DNA from: Vicugna vicugna
Taxonomy: Eukaryota
Reading direction: 5' to 3'
DNA length: 64,000 nt
Assembly (NCBI GenBank): GCA_013265495.1
Contig: MU058463.1
Span: forward strand, 1,139,523 to 1,203,522
Below, piece after piece: positions 1 to 12,289 of this stretch (positions are counted from its first letter, which is position 1; each line of letters begins with the position of its first letter). A program made the position numbers and the translations under genes. Under the pieces are notes generated by a model, which worked only from the letters and a program-made list of their open reading frames with translations, did not search any database and was not told the origin of the DNA.

Positions 1-58
1 CTGTGCACCAGAAATTGACACATTGTAACTGACTATACTTCAATTAAAAGAAAAAAAA
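1..58 (+). mobile_element. L1 extreme 3' end and A-rich tail (runs off window start)
   Basis: Closely matches the 3' terminus of the L1 at ~7460-7518 (ccagaaa.tgacacattgtaact.act.tacttcaat), followed by an A-rich tail. Confidence 0.85.
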
Positions 59-349
59 TATTATTTGAATACATTTCTTCTTGAAAGTTTATGCAAGTAA
101 AATAAAACTGTGACTCATACTGTTTCAAAACAAAATTCAGTACTTCAACAGAATTTCAAATTTTACATATATTTTAAAGATATAGAATTCATAGATAAAA
201 TGTTTCATGCTTGTATAAAAATGCACATTTTGTTAACACATAAGTATTTACCTTGTATAAATGTTTGTACATTTTCATCATCTGCTTTTATACTTAATAA
301 TTTATCATAAAATATTCTTATATTCATGAATATAGAAAAAGTTAACCTA

Positions 350-455
350 GCATCTAAAAGCGTGGATTCCAAAGTTCAGCTGCCTGGGTTGAATCCTGGC
401 TCAACTGTTCAAAAATTATTACCACAGTGTGCATTACTTACCCTTTCTTCACCTA
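350..455 (+). mobile_element. MIR SINE fragment
   Basis: ctgcctgggttgaatcctggctc ... ttacttaccctttct resembles the MIR tRNA-like head and core. Confidence 0.6.
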
Positions 456-889
456 ATGGTCACATACTTCCATATTTTGAATATATAGTTTAATTTATTC
501 AATTCCTAATGTATTAAGAAGTATAGACTGGTTTCTATGTTTAGTATTATAAGCTATATTTATTTTATAAATAACCTTGTACACATGTTTATGTGCATAA
601 CTGTCAGGTTAATTCTCATAAGTAATGCCAAGAGACTTATTTATAGATCCAATCATATGCATGTACAACAGATAAATATGTTTTCTTCTGAAACTAACAT
701 AAAACCTGAATATACTGGATTTTAAATATGATTTATTATTCTCAGATAAGAATGGGGTTCAGTAGCTCAGGAATGCTGGAGCTGAAATCTCTGTAATCCT
801 TATAAACTTTCCATGATGGCTACCTAGTAGCTCTTTCACTCCTGTTTAATGCTATGTTTAAAGAAAGAATAACAAAGAAGCCAGTGTTA

Positions 890-1010
890 AATAAGGCAAG
901 GGAAGCAATAATATTCTTAGGAACCCTTCCAAAGTATTTTTCTTACTTCTCATTGACTAAGACCAGGTCATATGGTAGTACCTACATGCAAGACAGTGCA
1001 GGAAGGGGAG
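890..1010 (-). mobile_element. Old MaLR LTR fragment (MLT1J/K-like)
   Basis: cttacttctcattgactaagaccaggtcatatgg...tgcaagacagtgcaggaa resembles the MLT1 motif 'ctcattggccagaactgggtcacatgg...tgcaagggaggctgggaa'. Confidence 0.45.
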
Positions 1011-1193
1011 GAGGCAATTCCTGGAGTGGAGAAAGGGCATTTCATTCGCAGCTCAGTGACTGCTGATGCTTATTTGTTGCTTCTTACCTAAATATTAATA
1101 AAACTACTTATGATTCTTCTAACTAATGTACAGTTCCAATCTCAAGATATTCTTTTTTAAAACAATTTAAATTTTAGGAATTTGAATGTTTTA

Positions 1194-1808
1194 TGCGATA
1201 GCTTTTTGATAAGTCAAATTGGCTAGACAGAGCTACAGTCCCTAGAATACCTTTTCTAGTGTGATTCCCACTGCCTCAGGTTAAAAGAGATATGCATTTA
1301 GGAGAGTTGAAGGACAAAAGGGAACAGCAGTCAGTTTATAGTATCCACATCCCTCTCTCAATTACTCAACATATACTAATCTAGGTGCTGCTGCGAAGTA
1401 ATTTTGCAGATGTGATTACAATCCCTAATCAGTGACTTCAAGTTAAACAGAAGGAGATTGTGCTGGAGGGGGCTGACCTAGCCAGTAAGAAGTGCAGTTT
1501 AAGAACAGGTCTTTACTGAGGAAAAGACTCGACGTAACACTGAGTCTGCAATGGCTTTTCCTTGCCTGTGAATCTTTCTGACAGCTGCCTAATGACCACA
1601 GGTTTCAGATCAGGTATGTAGGGGTCAAGCCTGCTTGGGATCTTCCCTCCCTCATTATCAGAAGATTTTGGATTTACTTAATCAACCTTCACAGTTACAT
1701 AAGGAAGTTCCTTGTAATAAATTCAAATACAAATAAAAATATAAAAATATAAATGTATTCCTAATGATTCTGTGATTCTGCTTCTCAGATTGAACTCTGA
1801 TTAAAACA
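1194..1808 (+). mobile_element. ERV-L solo LTR (MLT2E/F-like)
   Basis: TG...CA termini; start tgcgatagc...gtcaaattggctag...gagctaca; internal actaatctaggtgctgctgcgaag...gcagatgtgatta; aataaa signal; end gaactctgattaaaaca. Confidence 0.75.
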
Positions 1809-1854
1809 CTAGATAAAATAATTAAGAAGCCATCAGAGTGCATGTAACAAGGTT

Positions 1855-1893
1855 GAAGAAGAAAAAGAAGAGGAAGAAGAAGAGAAGAGAGAG
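1855..1893. repeat. (GAA)n / purine-rich low-complexity tract
   Basis: gaagaagaaaaagaagaggaagaagaagagaagagagag. Confidence 0.8.
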
Positions 1894-2724
1894 TGAATTT
1901 AGATACTCAGGAGAGCATTGTGCTATCCTTAATTTAGCCTGATAGGGAAATACTTTCATCTAAGTTTAAAAATATATATATAGCCAATATAAAAGTAATT
2001 CTGTGACTGACAAATAACTAGTGAAACCTTTTGCATGCTGTATAAAAAGGAGGCAACCTTCAAATATTATTCAAGACTGGGTTTTGTGTGAATTTTAAAC
2101 ATAAAATGTCCCTGACTTACTTTCCCCGAGTAGAAATAGCAGAATACTTTTTGGAGAGTGTGTACGACAAATTATAATATAATGAAATGACCTGAGGGAA
2201 AATTATGTGTATGACATATAGAAAATAAAAAATGGAGAATTCTAGACTGAATAAGTACACAGCTCAAGATGAGCATCCGCAAAGTCTTGTTTGTACAGAG
2301 AATGAAAATTATGCAGAGGTTCCACTGTATATCATCTGCATTCAACAGAGTGATCACTTGTATCATAGGTTGCTTATAATTCCTATCCCATAGGATATTA
2401 TCACTCTAAAATAGTTCCTTTGTTTTCAATCATAAATTTTTCAATTAAAGATCCCCCAAGTAAATACATGAACAAGACAGAACTTACATGATTCTAGCAC
2501 TCAGAGTAAGCAAGTCAGGGTAATATTAACTTTCTATGATCATTTCTTTAAAAGAATAATTTATTTCTGGGAGTGAAACACACCGAGTTTCTGCATATAG
2601 AACATAACATGAGACTTTATAAATACTAGACATAACCAAGTATTGCCACGTACAGATAGAGGTAGGTTTATTTTTATTTTTTAGCATATATGTATATGTA
2701 GGTGGGTACTGGGAATCAATAGAA

Positions 2725-2930
2725 TATACTGATTTAAAAACTTTAGATTTTTAAAGTAAATAGGCTAAATGCAAATTCCAACTGTGATGTGCTAGGTGTG
2801 TAACCTTTGGCAAATTAATTGAACTCTAATTCCACCTCCCCTTGTCTGAAAACAAAGAAGCGATAAAATATTAGTTCCAAATGTATAGGGCTGTTTTGTA
2901 CAGGGCAAGCAATATAGCAGTAATGAACCT
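2725..2930 (+). mobile_element. MIR SINE (diverged)
   Basis: gctaggtgtgtaacctttggcaaattaattgaactct...tctgaaaa...atagggctgtt follows the MIR core order. Confidence 0.6.
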
Positions 2931-3054
2931 AATACTAAGAACATACTATTATCCTAATACTTGGCTATATATATATATATGCTATCCTATTCTCTACATC
3001 CTTCTACATTTTCATTTAGTTACATTGACATAAACAGGAAGATTGGTTCAATGA

Positions 3055-3074
3055 GTGTGGTGTGTGTGTGTGTG
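3055..3074. repeat. (TG)n microsatellite
   Basis: gtgtggtgtgtgtgtgtgtg. Confidence 0.85.
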
Positions 3075-3974
3075 GACCAATAGAGTGCATAACATATTTC
3101 AAAATAAGCACTGTGAAGTGAAACCTGGGGATATTTTGTAATGGGATAAAGATAAGCAGATCTTGGGTAAAATCTGGGAAGAGAAGCTAGAAGCATATGA
3201 GCAGTCAACTAACATTTCAGAAAAACACAGCATCAAAGTACTGTAGATACATATATAGAGAGAGCTGAGTTAATTCCCAAACAAGCTTGACTTCAGTTGT
3301 CTTCTTTTCTGGCAGGAATCCCACACTCTGTTGTTATTATTACTTCTTTCTAAATATCTACCATGTTTCTGTTCCCTTCCGCTTTATTCATGAAACCCCA
3401 ATTGTGATAAAGGCCAACACTCACAGTCTCCTTTCCTGAAATTTGCTAGAGGAATAAACATAAGTGGTCTCTTGGTTTCATTTACAAATATATGACCTCA
3501 AATTGACATCAAATACTTCACAGCAACTCTCAGAGTATGTTTTTTTCTGTTATACTTACTTTCACACTCTCCCAAATACTAACTCCTATTTTACCCTCCA
3601 TTCTAAAAATATACCCATACTCCTCCCCTTACTTCTCCCATGTCTGATGAAGTATTGCATAATTCAGTTTGAAAACAGAAGGCAACCTATGGGGTCATCT
3701 CATACCTTGCCACCACCTATACACCCTCTTAACCATTTTCCTCTATTCTCCCTTGCACTGGAGAAAGTTCCACAACTCCTATCTCCTATCACAAGCTTAT
3801 TCCTCTATTTGTGCCCTAAAATCTTAGTGCTTTCCCAAACTAGGTACATGAGAATCACTTAGAGAACTTTGTATCAGTATATATTCTTGGAGATTCTTAG
3901 ATTGGAGTATATATTCACCAGAGATTCTACATGTCTTTAATCATATCTTTTTTTTCTGTTGCAAGGCAGCATAT

Positions 3975-4160
3975 GCACACACATACATACACACACACAC
4001 ACAGAAGCATACACACACCTACTCATACATGCTGACACCTATATGTGCAAACACTAAATAAATATACAACACTTGTTCCTTCATACACATGCACACAGTA
4101 CAAATACATACACACATTTACACATACTTATCTACATAATATACTATGCATACCCATGTA
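3975..4160. repeat. CA/TA-rich low-complexity tract (resumes ~4550-4615 after the LTR)
   Basis: Degenerate cacacacatacatacacac... repeats on both sides of MLT1B. Confidence 0.75.
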
Positions 4161-4549
4161 TGCTGTTTGGGCTGAATTGTGTCCCACCAAAAAAATTCAT
4201 TTGTTGAAGTCTTAACTCCCAGTACCTACTAATGTGGCTGTAACTGAACATAGGGCTTTTAAGTCGGTAATTAACATAAAATGAGGTCATATGGTGGCCT
4301 TAATACAATATGACTGATGTCTTTTTAAGAAGAGATTAGGACACAGACATGAACAGGAGGAATGCCAATGTGAAGGCTTGGGGAGAAAATGGACATCTAA
4401 AACCAAGAGATAAGCCTCAGAATAAAATCAACCCTGCCAACAGCTTGATCTTGGATTTCTTGCTTCCAGAATTGTGAGGAAATAAACTTCTGTTATTGAA
4501 GCAACCTAGTAAGTGATATTTGTTACAGTAGCCCCAGCAAACTAATGCA
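4161..4549 (+). mobile_element. MaLR solo LTR, MLT1B-like (full length, ~390 bp)
   Basis: gggctgaattgtgtccc...aattcat.tgttgaagtc.taac.cccagtacct ... aaataaacttctgtt ... cagcaaactaatgca; collinear with MLT1B. Confidence 0.9.
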
Positions 4550-4626
4550 CATATGTATACCAACTGCCACCCTCCCTGATACACACACATGCAGATATGC
4601 ACACATACATCCCTGTAGACAATCAT

Positions 4627-5068
4627 TAAGCTCCAGCAATACTAGTTTTATTTCAGTTTTTTTTTGAACATGTCAAGCTCATACCTGAGGTGGGAGCTTT
4701 GGGCATACTTGCCCTTTTTCATCAAATTCTTCTTTCCCACTTTTCTCTTGGATTATTTGTTTTCACCTGTCAAGTCTCATCTTAGTGGTCACCTCTGCCA
4801 AGAGCCTCAATACAGGAAGTAGCCATCCTCCCCCTACATCACTATTTACCTCTGCCCATTGTGTGCTTTACTCAAAGAACTTGTTACTAATTGAAATCTT
4901 ATTATTTGTCTTTGTAATTTTGTTTCCCTGATTAGATCCTGAAGGAAATCAGCTCCATGACAGTAGAATCAATTTTGTTCCATTAATAGCTCATATTCCT
5001 AGTATTAGCACAGAGACTGGCACATAGGAGGTATTTTTTGTTGAATTATATTTGTTGAATATGTGAAT
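4627..5068 (+). mobile_element. L2 LINE 3' end
   Basis: agctccatga...tagcacagagactggcacataggagg...tatttgttgaatatgtgaat is the typical L2 terminus. Confidence 0.75.
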
Positions 5069-5369
5069 ACAAAACATCTCTAGCTGAGTTCTCTTTTGGG
5101 TAGTGAGTCTATGTGGTGAAGGTGAATGTGTTGTGTATATGTGTGTTTCTGTGTGTTTCTGTGTGTTTTTTGCTTCAGGAGGAGATGGGAATGAAAGTGG
5201 AGGATAAATAAGTTGCCTGAATAACTGTCTTTTTTTCTGTGGAAGCTTCCCAGAATCATTTTAATTCCAGGTGTAATTAAGGAGTAATGACTCAGTTCTC
5301 TACTCTCTCCAGCATTCTACATAATTTAAAAGCAGTTGTGTGTATTAGGATAGCATAAGCATGAGGTAA

Positions 5370-5700
5370 ATAGATAGGACTTGTGACTAAGTGGCTGTGA
5401 AGAGCTTGGGAGAGAATAGGCAGATTATTACTCAGATGTTTCAAAACTGGGTGACAGGAATGATAATGTTAGCACCAGCTAGGAAGGGAATTCAGAAAGA
5501 GAACTATTTGAGAGAATAAATAATACAAGAAATTCAATTTCATATATGTCACTTTCAACATTATGTTGAAATATCAAATTGAATGGTTCAGCTGGTTGTG
5601 CAAAATTTAGGTCTGAAACATAGGAAGCGTTCAGCGCTGGATGTACAAGCATGCTAATTTAATGCCTTGGCACTATCATTCAAGCCATGGAAGGAAATAT
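5370..5700 (-). mobile_element. L2 internal fragment
   Basis: Purine-rich, diverged match to antisense L2 (actgggtgacaggaatgataatg..., aattcaatttcatatatgtc...). Confidence 0.5.
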
Positions 5701-6011
5701 TTTCATCAGCTGTAGAAATGTTATGGCTAAAATATCAAAGACCCATGCAGCCTTCCAATAAGTATTTTATTAATGGATCTAGGTTAACACATTCTTTCTG
5801 GAAAGATACGCAGTTTTCTTGTTTCTGTCATTAATTCCAGCTGTAATGAAGTTAATTTCAGTCATTAGTTGGTTTTAGTCTTTCATTGATTTACAGGAAT
5901 ATTTTTGCTTTAGCCATTGATGGCTATTTGATGTCACTGATGTTATTATACAAGTATATAATAGGGAGAGCCAAGGGAAGGTTATTATTCTCTGATTAAT
6001 ACTTCATTTCT

Positions 6012-6123
6012 GGGGGAGAGAAGAGCTCAGTGGTAGAGCGCACGTTTAGCATGCGTGGGGTCCTAGGTTCACTCCCCAGTACCTCCATTTAAATAAATAA
6101 AAAATAAACCTAATTACTCCCTC
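6012..6123 (+). mobile_element. tRNA-derived SINE, camelid vic-1 type
   Basis: ggggg..agctcagtggtagagcg (A box) ... ggttcactcccc (B-box-like) agtacctcca, then the aaataaataa...aaacctaattactccc tail. Confidence 0.85.
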
Positions 6124-6474
6124 TATTTTGAGGGGAGGTAATTAAGTTTATTTATTTCTTCATGAAGAAAGTGAATTTTACAGAAGTCAGATACAGTCTC
6201 TTTAATAGGATTGGTTTGGTAAGAAACAAGGCAATTATATTCCAATTACCAAGTACCATCTGCAGTTGATGACTTGAGAGTAGAGTCCAAATGATTAGTC
6301 CTATAAATTAGAGTATGTTAATTTTCCCTTTAATAATAATTGCTAATAATAAATTAGGTCACTTATATATCAAATTTCAATGAGTGATGAGCCAAAAATT
6401 CAAATATGCAATGTGGTCTATAATTCATTCTGTTTTTCAGCCTCACATAGACAGAAGTATTTAAAAATAGGGCA

Positions 6475-7167
6475 TTGTGCCACTGACACAGGTTTAATTT
6501 CCAGAATATTTAAACAGCTCATCCAATGTAATAACAAAAAAATAAATAACCCAACCCAAAAATGGGCAGAAGACCTAAACAAGCAATTCTCCAAGGAAGA
6601 CATACAAATGGCCAATAGGCACATGAAAAAATGCTCAATATCACTAATTATCAGAGAAATGCAAATCAAAACTATAATGAGGTATCACCTCACACCAGTC
6701 AGAATGGCCATCATTCCAAAGTCCATGAACGATAAATGCTGGAGAAGGTGTGGAGAAAAGGGAACCCTCCCATATTGCTGGTGGGAATGTAGTTTGGTGC
6801 ATCCATTGTGGAAAACAGTATGGAGATTCCTCAAAAAACTAAAATTAGATGTACCATATGATCTAGCAATCCCACTTCTGAGTATATATCTGGCGGGAAC
6901 TCTAATTCTAAAAGATACATGTGCCCCAATGTTCACAGCAGCACTATATGCAATAGCCAAGACATGGAAGCAAACTAAATGTCAATTGACAGATGACTGG
7001 ATAAAGAAGTTGTGGTATATTTATACAATGGAATATTACTCAGTCATAAAAAGAATAAAATAACGCCATTTGCAGCAACATGGATGGACCCAGACGTCAT
7101 CATTTTAAATGAAGTAAGCCAGAACGAAAAAAAAATACCGTATGATACCACTCATGTGTGGAATCTT

Positions 7168-7198
<31 letters not shown>

Positions 7199-7518
7199 GG
7201 ACACTATGAACATATCTACAAAACAGAAACAGACTCACAGACATGGTAAACAATCTTATGGTTATCAGGCTAAAGGGAGTGGGAAGGGATAAATTTGGGA
7301 GTTTGAGATTTACAAATATTAGTCACTACATATATAAATAGATTATTAGAAAAGTCACTCCTGTATAGAACAGGGAATTATGTTTAAAATCTTGTTATAA
7401 CCTTTAATGGAAAAGAATATGAAATCAAATACATGCATGTATATGCATGACTGGGACATTGTGCTATAGACCAGAAACTGACACATTGTAACTAACTGTA
7501 CTTCAATAAAAAACAAAC
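6475..7518 (+). mobile_element. 5'-truncated young L1 (ORF2 C-terminus, 3'UTR, A-rich tail)
   Basis: ORF 6380-7063 contains the L1 ORF2 C-terminus ([13 protein letters not shown]...[12 protein letters not shown]...CWWEC...[12 protein letters not shown]); aataaa and A-rich tail; probable TSD aaaaatagggca (6463-6474) / aaaagtaaggca (7519-7530). Confidence 0.95.
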
Positions 7519-8569
7519 AAAAGTAAGGCAAAAAAATAGTAAGAAGAGTTATTATAAGATACCCATTTTTGTATGGACTTGGAATTTAAAACCTTTAAGG
7601 ACAAAGATCAGAATCCAACATGCTGTGATTTTAATTCTGTTTCTAACCATTGATTTGTTATAAGACATCCTGCTGTGTCTACAAGTAGACATCCTCTGAT
7701 CTGCAATAGCAATACCCTAAGAACCGACATTTGAGAATTACATACCAAGTGAGATATAACCACAAAATATTTGGAGGTCTTTAAGAAAGCATGTAACTTT
7801 TCATACACTGCACAAAGTTTCTTCCAAATTAAACTAATTTTTAAGTAGACTTTTTATATTTAGTTTTTTAAAATGTTATTAATTGGGCCATGCGTACCTC
7901 TTAATCTAACATCAAAAACAGTAAATCTGAAAATCTGTGATCTGTATAATCAGAAAGTTACATTACAAAGCATTCCCAAAGATATTTGAGTTTTTAAAAA
8001 TAGGTTATCAATTTTATAGTTTCTACCTGTGATGAAATTTGTAGCCGCTCTCCCTATAACAGACGTTTCATTTCATTGCTTCCAGCTTTTTGGCAGAAAC
8101 AAAAAAGTGAATAGCTAACACCTGGTTACAAGCAACCAGCCAACCTTGCAGTTTCTGCCTCTGTGGAAGTAAAGTTTGAATCTTAGAAATCAAAGTAAAA
8201 TGAAAGTTTTAAAGCTTTAGTCTGTTTCCTCAAATACAAGACTGTGTCCAGGGAAAGAGCTTAAAAAAAAAAAAACAGTAAGTGCATCTACTGAAAAATC
8301 CAGCTTTAATATTTTAATCCTAAAAATAGGAATAGAACTATCACCAAATAGTTATAATTGAGGTTGACATATTGCTCATTATCCATTGTTAGTTTAGTTA
8401 CTGACATTTAAAGACAAAATTAACTAGAACTCTTAATATCTTAAATGATGCATAAAAAGCTTTTCATACTTAACATCAAATGTTATAAATATTTAAGAGC
8501 AGAGGCTGATCAATTCCACATCTTTATGGAAGAAAATATTTGGGGGAAGGTAATTCTAAGATTTTAACT

Positions 8570-9528
8570 TTTCAAATTAAAAATTTTAGAGCACTTTTAG
8601 GTTCACAGTAAAATTGAGCAGAAGGTACAGATTTTCTATATATCCACTGCCCCTACATATGCATAGCTTCCCTTATTATCAACATCCTCCTCCAGAGTGG
8701 TCCATTTGTTAAAATTGATAAACCTGTAGTGATACTTCATTGTCACTCAAATTTCATAGTTTACATTAGGGTTCATTCTTGGTGTTGTATATTCTGTGGG
8801 TTTAGACAAAGTTTTAGTTACATGTATCTACCATACAGAGTGCTTTCACAGCCCTAAAAATATTCTGTGCTCTGCCTATTCAACCCTCTTTCCTCTCTAA
8901 CTCCTGAAAACCACTATAGTTTTTTCCCTTTTCCAACTTGTCATATGGTTGGAATCATTTAGTCTGTAGCCTTTTCCATTCAGCTTCTTTCATTAGTAAT
9001 AAGCATTTAAAGTTCCTCCATGTCTTTTCCAGATTGATAGCCTATTTCATTTTAGCACTGAATAGTATTCCATTCTCTGGATATCCCACATTTTTTGTTT
9101 AAATTCATCCACTTACTGAAGGCTATAGTAGTTGTTTCCAAGTTTTGCCAATTATAAATAAAGTTGTTTTAAGCACCAATATGTAGGTTTTTGTGTAGAC
9201 ATTAATTTTCAACTGACTTGGATAAATACCAAGGAGTGTGATTACTGGATTGCATAGTAAGACTATGTTTAGCTTTGTGAGAAACTGCCAAAATGTCTTC
9301 AAAAGTGTGGCTGCACCATTTTGCATTCCCACCAGCAATGAACGAGAGTTCTTACTGCTCCATATCCTCACCAGCATTTGGTGTCGTCAGTGTTCTGGCT
9401 TTTGGCTATCTAGTGGTTTGTCACTGTTATTTTAATTTGTATTTCCCTGATAACGTATGCTATGAAGCATATTTTCACATGCTTATTTGCCATCTGTATA
9501 TCTTCTTTGATGAGGCGTCTGTTAAATT
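8570..9528 (-). mobile_element. Old L1 3' end (L1MC1-like)
   Basis: ttttaggttcacagtaaaattgagcagaaggtacag...atagtttacattagggttcattcttggtgttgta; minus-strand ORF 9123-9377 resembles the ORF2 tail (FIIGKTWKQ). Confidence 0.85.
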
Positions 9529-9689
9529 TTAAATTTACAATAATACTCTGAATTAACATAGGTTCACACTTGCATTTGGTATAAAATGGTGTATGCGTGA
9601 AGTAGGTTAAATAATATGAGGTCCTATAGGATTTTATATTTTGTCATCAGTTGACCTGTAGGCCTTGCATTTTTCCCAGAAACAGCAAA

Positions 9690-9840
9690 GAGGCTGTTTC
9701 TTGAATGCAGTGAGAGAGAGCAAAAGTAGTGGAAAATGAGGTGAGGGAGATGAGTGAAACCAGACATGTGGAGGATTTTGACTGAGTGTCCTCATTTATA
9801 TCTGAGTGGAATTAGTGGTGGATTTTGAGCAGAAAAGATA
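9690..9840 (-). mobile_element. L2 fragment
   Basis: gaaaatgaggtgagggagatg...ccagacatgtggagga...ggattttgagcagaaaag. Confidence 0.5.
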
Positions 9841-10397
9841 CTTTTCCTAATAAAAATCAGTACAGCCTCTCTAAACTTCTTCCAGTTCACACAGGCACTC
9901 AACATACCAATGTGAAAACAAATGCCCAAGTAGCAAGCAGGTCACCCAAGGAAAATTCTCACAATTTGAGGGAGGTAAAGAGCAACATATTATTCTCATC
10001 TTAAATGTGAATGTAAATACTTTAACTTAGTATTCATGAAGTTAATACTTAACTATATTTCTTGTTTCTTTATGTGTCACTTGATCATTATTTAATCCAC
10101 TCCATCCTCCAAATAATCTCTCTAACCTTCCAGGAAATCCAGTTTATCACATTGACTGATCTGCACTTCAATCCTCTTTATGGACCTCTTCCATTTATGT
10201 AAAGCACCCACCACTGTAAGCTCCTCTTATGAGATTCACTGTGGATATTTTATGAAGCCTTTAGTAGTAAACTCTTCACTACCATTCAGTCACCCAACAC
10301 ATAGGCAAACCCTTTGGGATGTTCTTGAACGAGAGGGCACCTGAGAAGTATCACTTTGAGAAGCAGTCTGTTACTCTGTTGAACAGTTATCTCCCTA

Positions 10398-11290
10398 ATA
10401 TTTTATTATGGAAACTTACATAAATACAGAAAAGAATAAGGAATTTTATGATGAAAACTCCTGTAACTACCATTAAGGTTCTAATGTTAAAGTTTCAGTA
10501 TGCTTTACCACATACCTATCTATCCATCCCTCTACCCATAGATTAATACATCTTGTTTATTCATCCTTCTATGATTGATAACTTGGGATTTTTCTAGTAT
10601 TTTTGGCTTTTTTAAACAAAGTTGCTTTGTGTGTTTTGTAATTTCTATGGGTAAATACCTGGGAGTGGAATTTCTGGATTGTAGGATGTGTGATTAGTTT
10701 TAAAAGAAATTGAACATTATCCCAAAAAGGATGTAACATTTCACATTCCTAGTAAATTCTTTGTAATATTCCAGAAAGAGCAAAGAGTCCTCATTACTCC
10801 ATAATCTCACCTACATCATCTTGTCAGCCTTAATTTTTTTCTGGTGCGTATGTGCTGGTATTTCCTCGTGGCTTTTATTTGCATTTTCCTGATAAAGTTA
10901 TTCAAAACTTTTTCACATGCTTCTTGACCTTTTGTGTATTTTTTTGTTAACTTTCTGTTTTAATCATTACTTCTTCTTTGCTTGTCTTTTTATCAGTAAG
11001 TTGCAATCTGTATCAGTTCTTTGTCAGAGAAAAGTGAGATATGGAGAGATTTTCCATATGGGTATTGAGATATTCTAACACCACTGTTGAAAAGCATCCT
11101 TTCCTTATTGGAGTACTTTGGCTAATGTGTTATGTGTCATATTATTGTGTATGTATGGGTCTGTTTCTGAGCTCTATATTTACTTTGTTTTATTTGTCAA
11201 TTTTTATGCCAGTCTCTACTTTCTTAATTTGTGTAGCTTTTAGTAAGTCTAGAAATCAGGTAATATAACTCCTCTAAGACTTCGAGTCTT
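10398..11290 (-). mobile_element. Ancient L1 (L1ME/MD-like) 3' region
   Basis: gggtaaatacctgggagtggaatttctggatt, ttgcattttcctgat, tgtagcttttagtaagtctagaaatcaggtaa are antisense L1 ORF2/3'UTR motifs. Confidence 0.75.
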
Positions 11291-12289
11291 TTTGTAAAAA
11301 TAAGATTCTCTATTTGCCTCTGCTTCTCTTAAATATGATTATATTGGCACTGGTTTATTATTCATTTTCTCAAGGTCATTTACCTACTTACTAAATAGTG
11401 GAACATATTTCCTCTTTTCCTTTTTATCCAAAAATTGATAAATGTTCTTTGTTTACTGTACTCAGACTTAATTACAATATTGAAATGAATTAAAGTTCTG
11501 TGTCTACAGAGGACTCCTTTCATGCAGCTCTAGCACTTTTTGTTTGTAGAACCTACAGTGATTTTATTATTTCAGGAAGAATATGAGGAGGAGTCACTGT
11601 AACCATTGTAGTAACAGCACTAGCAAATTTTAGATTCTAAGTAAACCTATTACTTTTGAATGAGTGATTATATTTTTCTTTCTCATTTAATCTTCAGAAC
11701 CATGTACAAATTAAATAAAGTTTGGGGGAGATTATGCAATATACAAAATAACCATATATGCTATTTAATTCTCATAGTACAGCTCTCTAAGAGATATTAC
11801 TGCCAACCTGGAAGCCCACAAAGCCTCAGGCTTCTTTACTTGGTTTACTTTACTTTTGCTGAAGTTTACTAATGCTGAAGAACACAAAGTGACTACCAGG
11901 AAGTAAGGAGAGCTCCAACTCTGAACACCACCAGAAAGTACAGTTCACAATCTAATCCACGTGGGGATGCTGTCTTGAATTGTGTAGTGCATTTTACAGA
12001 TTTGAAGGTTTCTCCTTGCAAGTAACTGAATTCCTTCTCAATATTGCATCAGTACAAATGGTATTTATAGCCTGATAGAGAGTAAGGATAAGGAGAGGTC
12101 AGAATTGATTATACTGATTTGATTAATCATTTCATGTATAGCATTAAGATTCTGTTTTTGTTTTTGTTTTTTCTTTTTTTCTCTTCTTGGACTTCCACAG
12201 TGGGTCAAATTAATTTTAGTGTAAGATTGCTACCAAGGACTTCCAGGATTGCATCCACATACAGGAAGAAAGAGGCTAGTGTCCTGTAG

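Noticed and set aside
3464..3862. 132-aa ORF
   Set aside because: Pyrimidine-rich, low-complexity and probably decayed L2/MER sequence; no domain or splice support.
6012..6087. Functional tRNA gene
   Set aside because: Degenerate stems and B box, followed by a SINE-specific tail; it is a tRNA-derived SINE.
6380..7063. Longest ORF (227 aa) as a host gene
   Set aside because: It is the L1 ORF2 C-terminus with ~32 codons of chance read-in from flanking DNA; no evidence of domestication.
8070..8285. Possible non-coding exon (ttccag ... aca|gtaagt)
   Set aside because: Splice-like motifs alone are frequent by chance; no ORF or partner exon.
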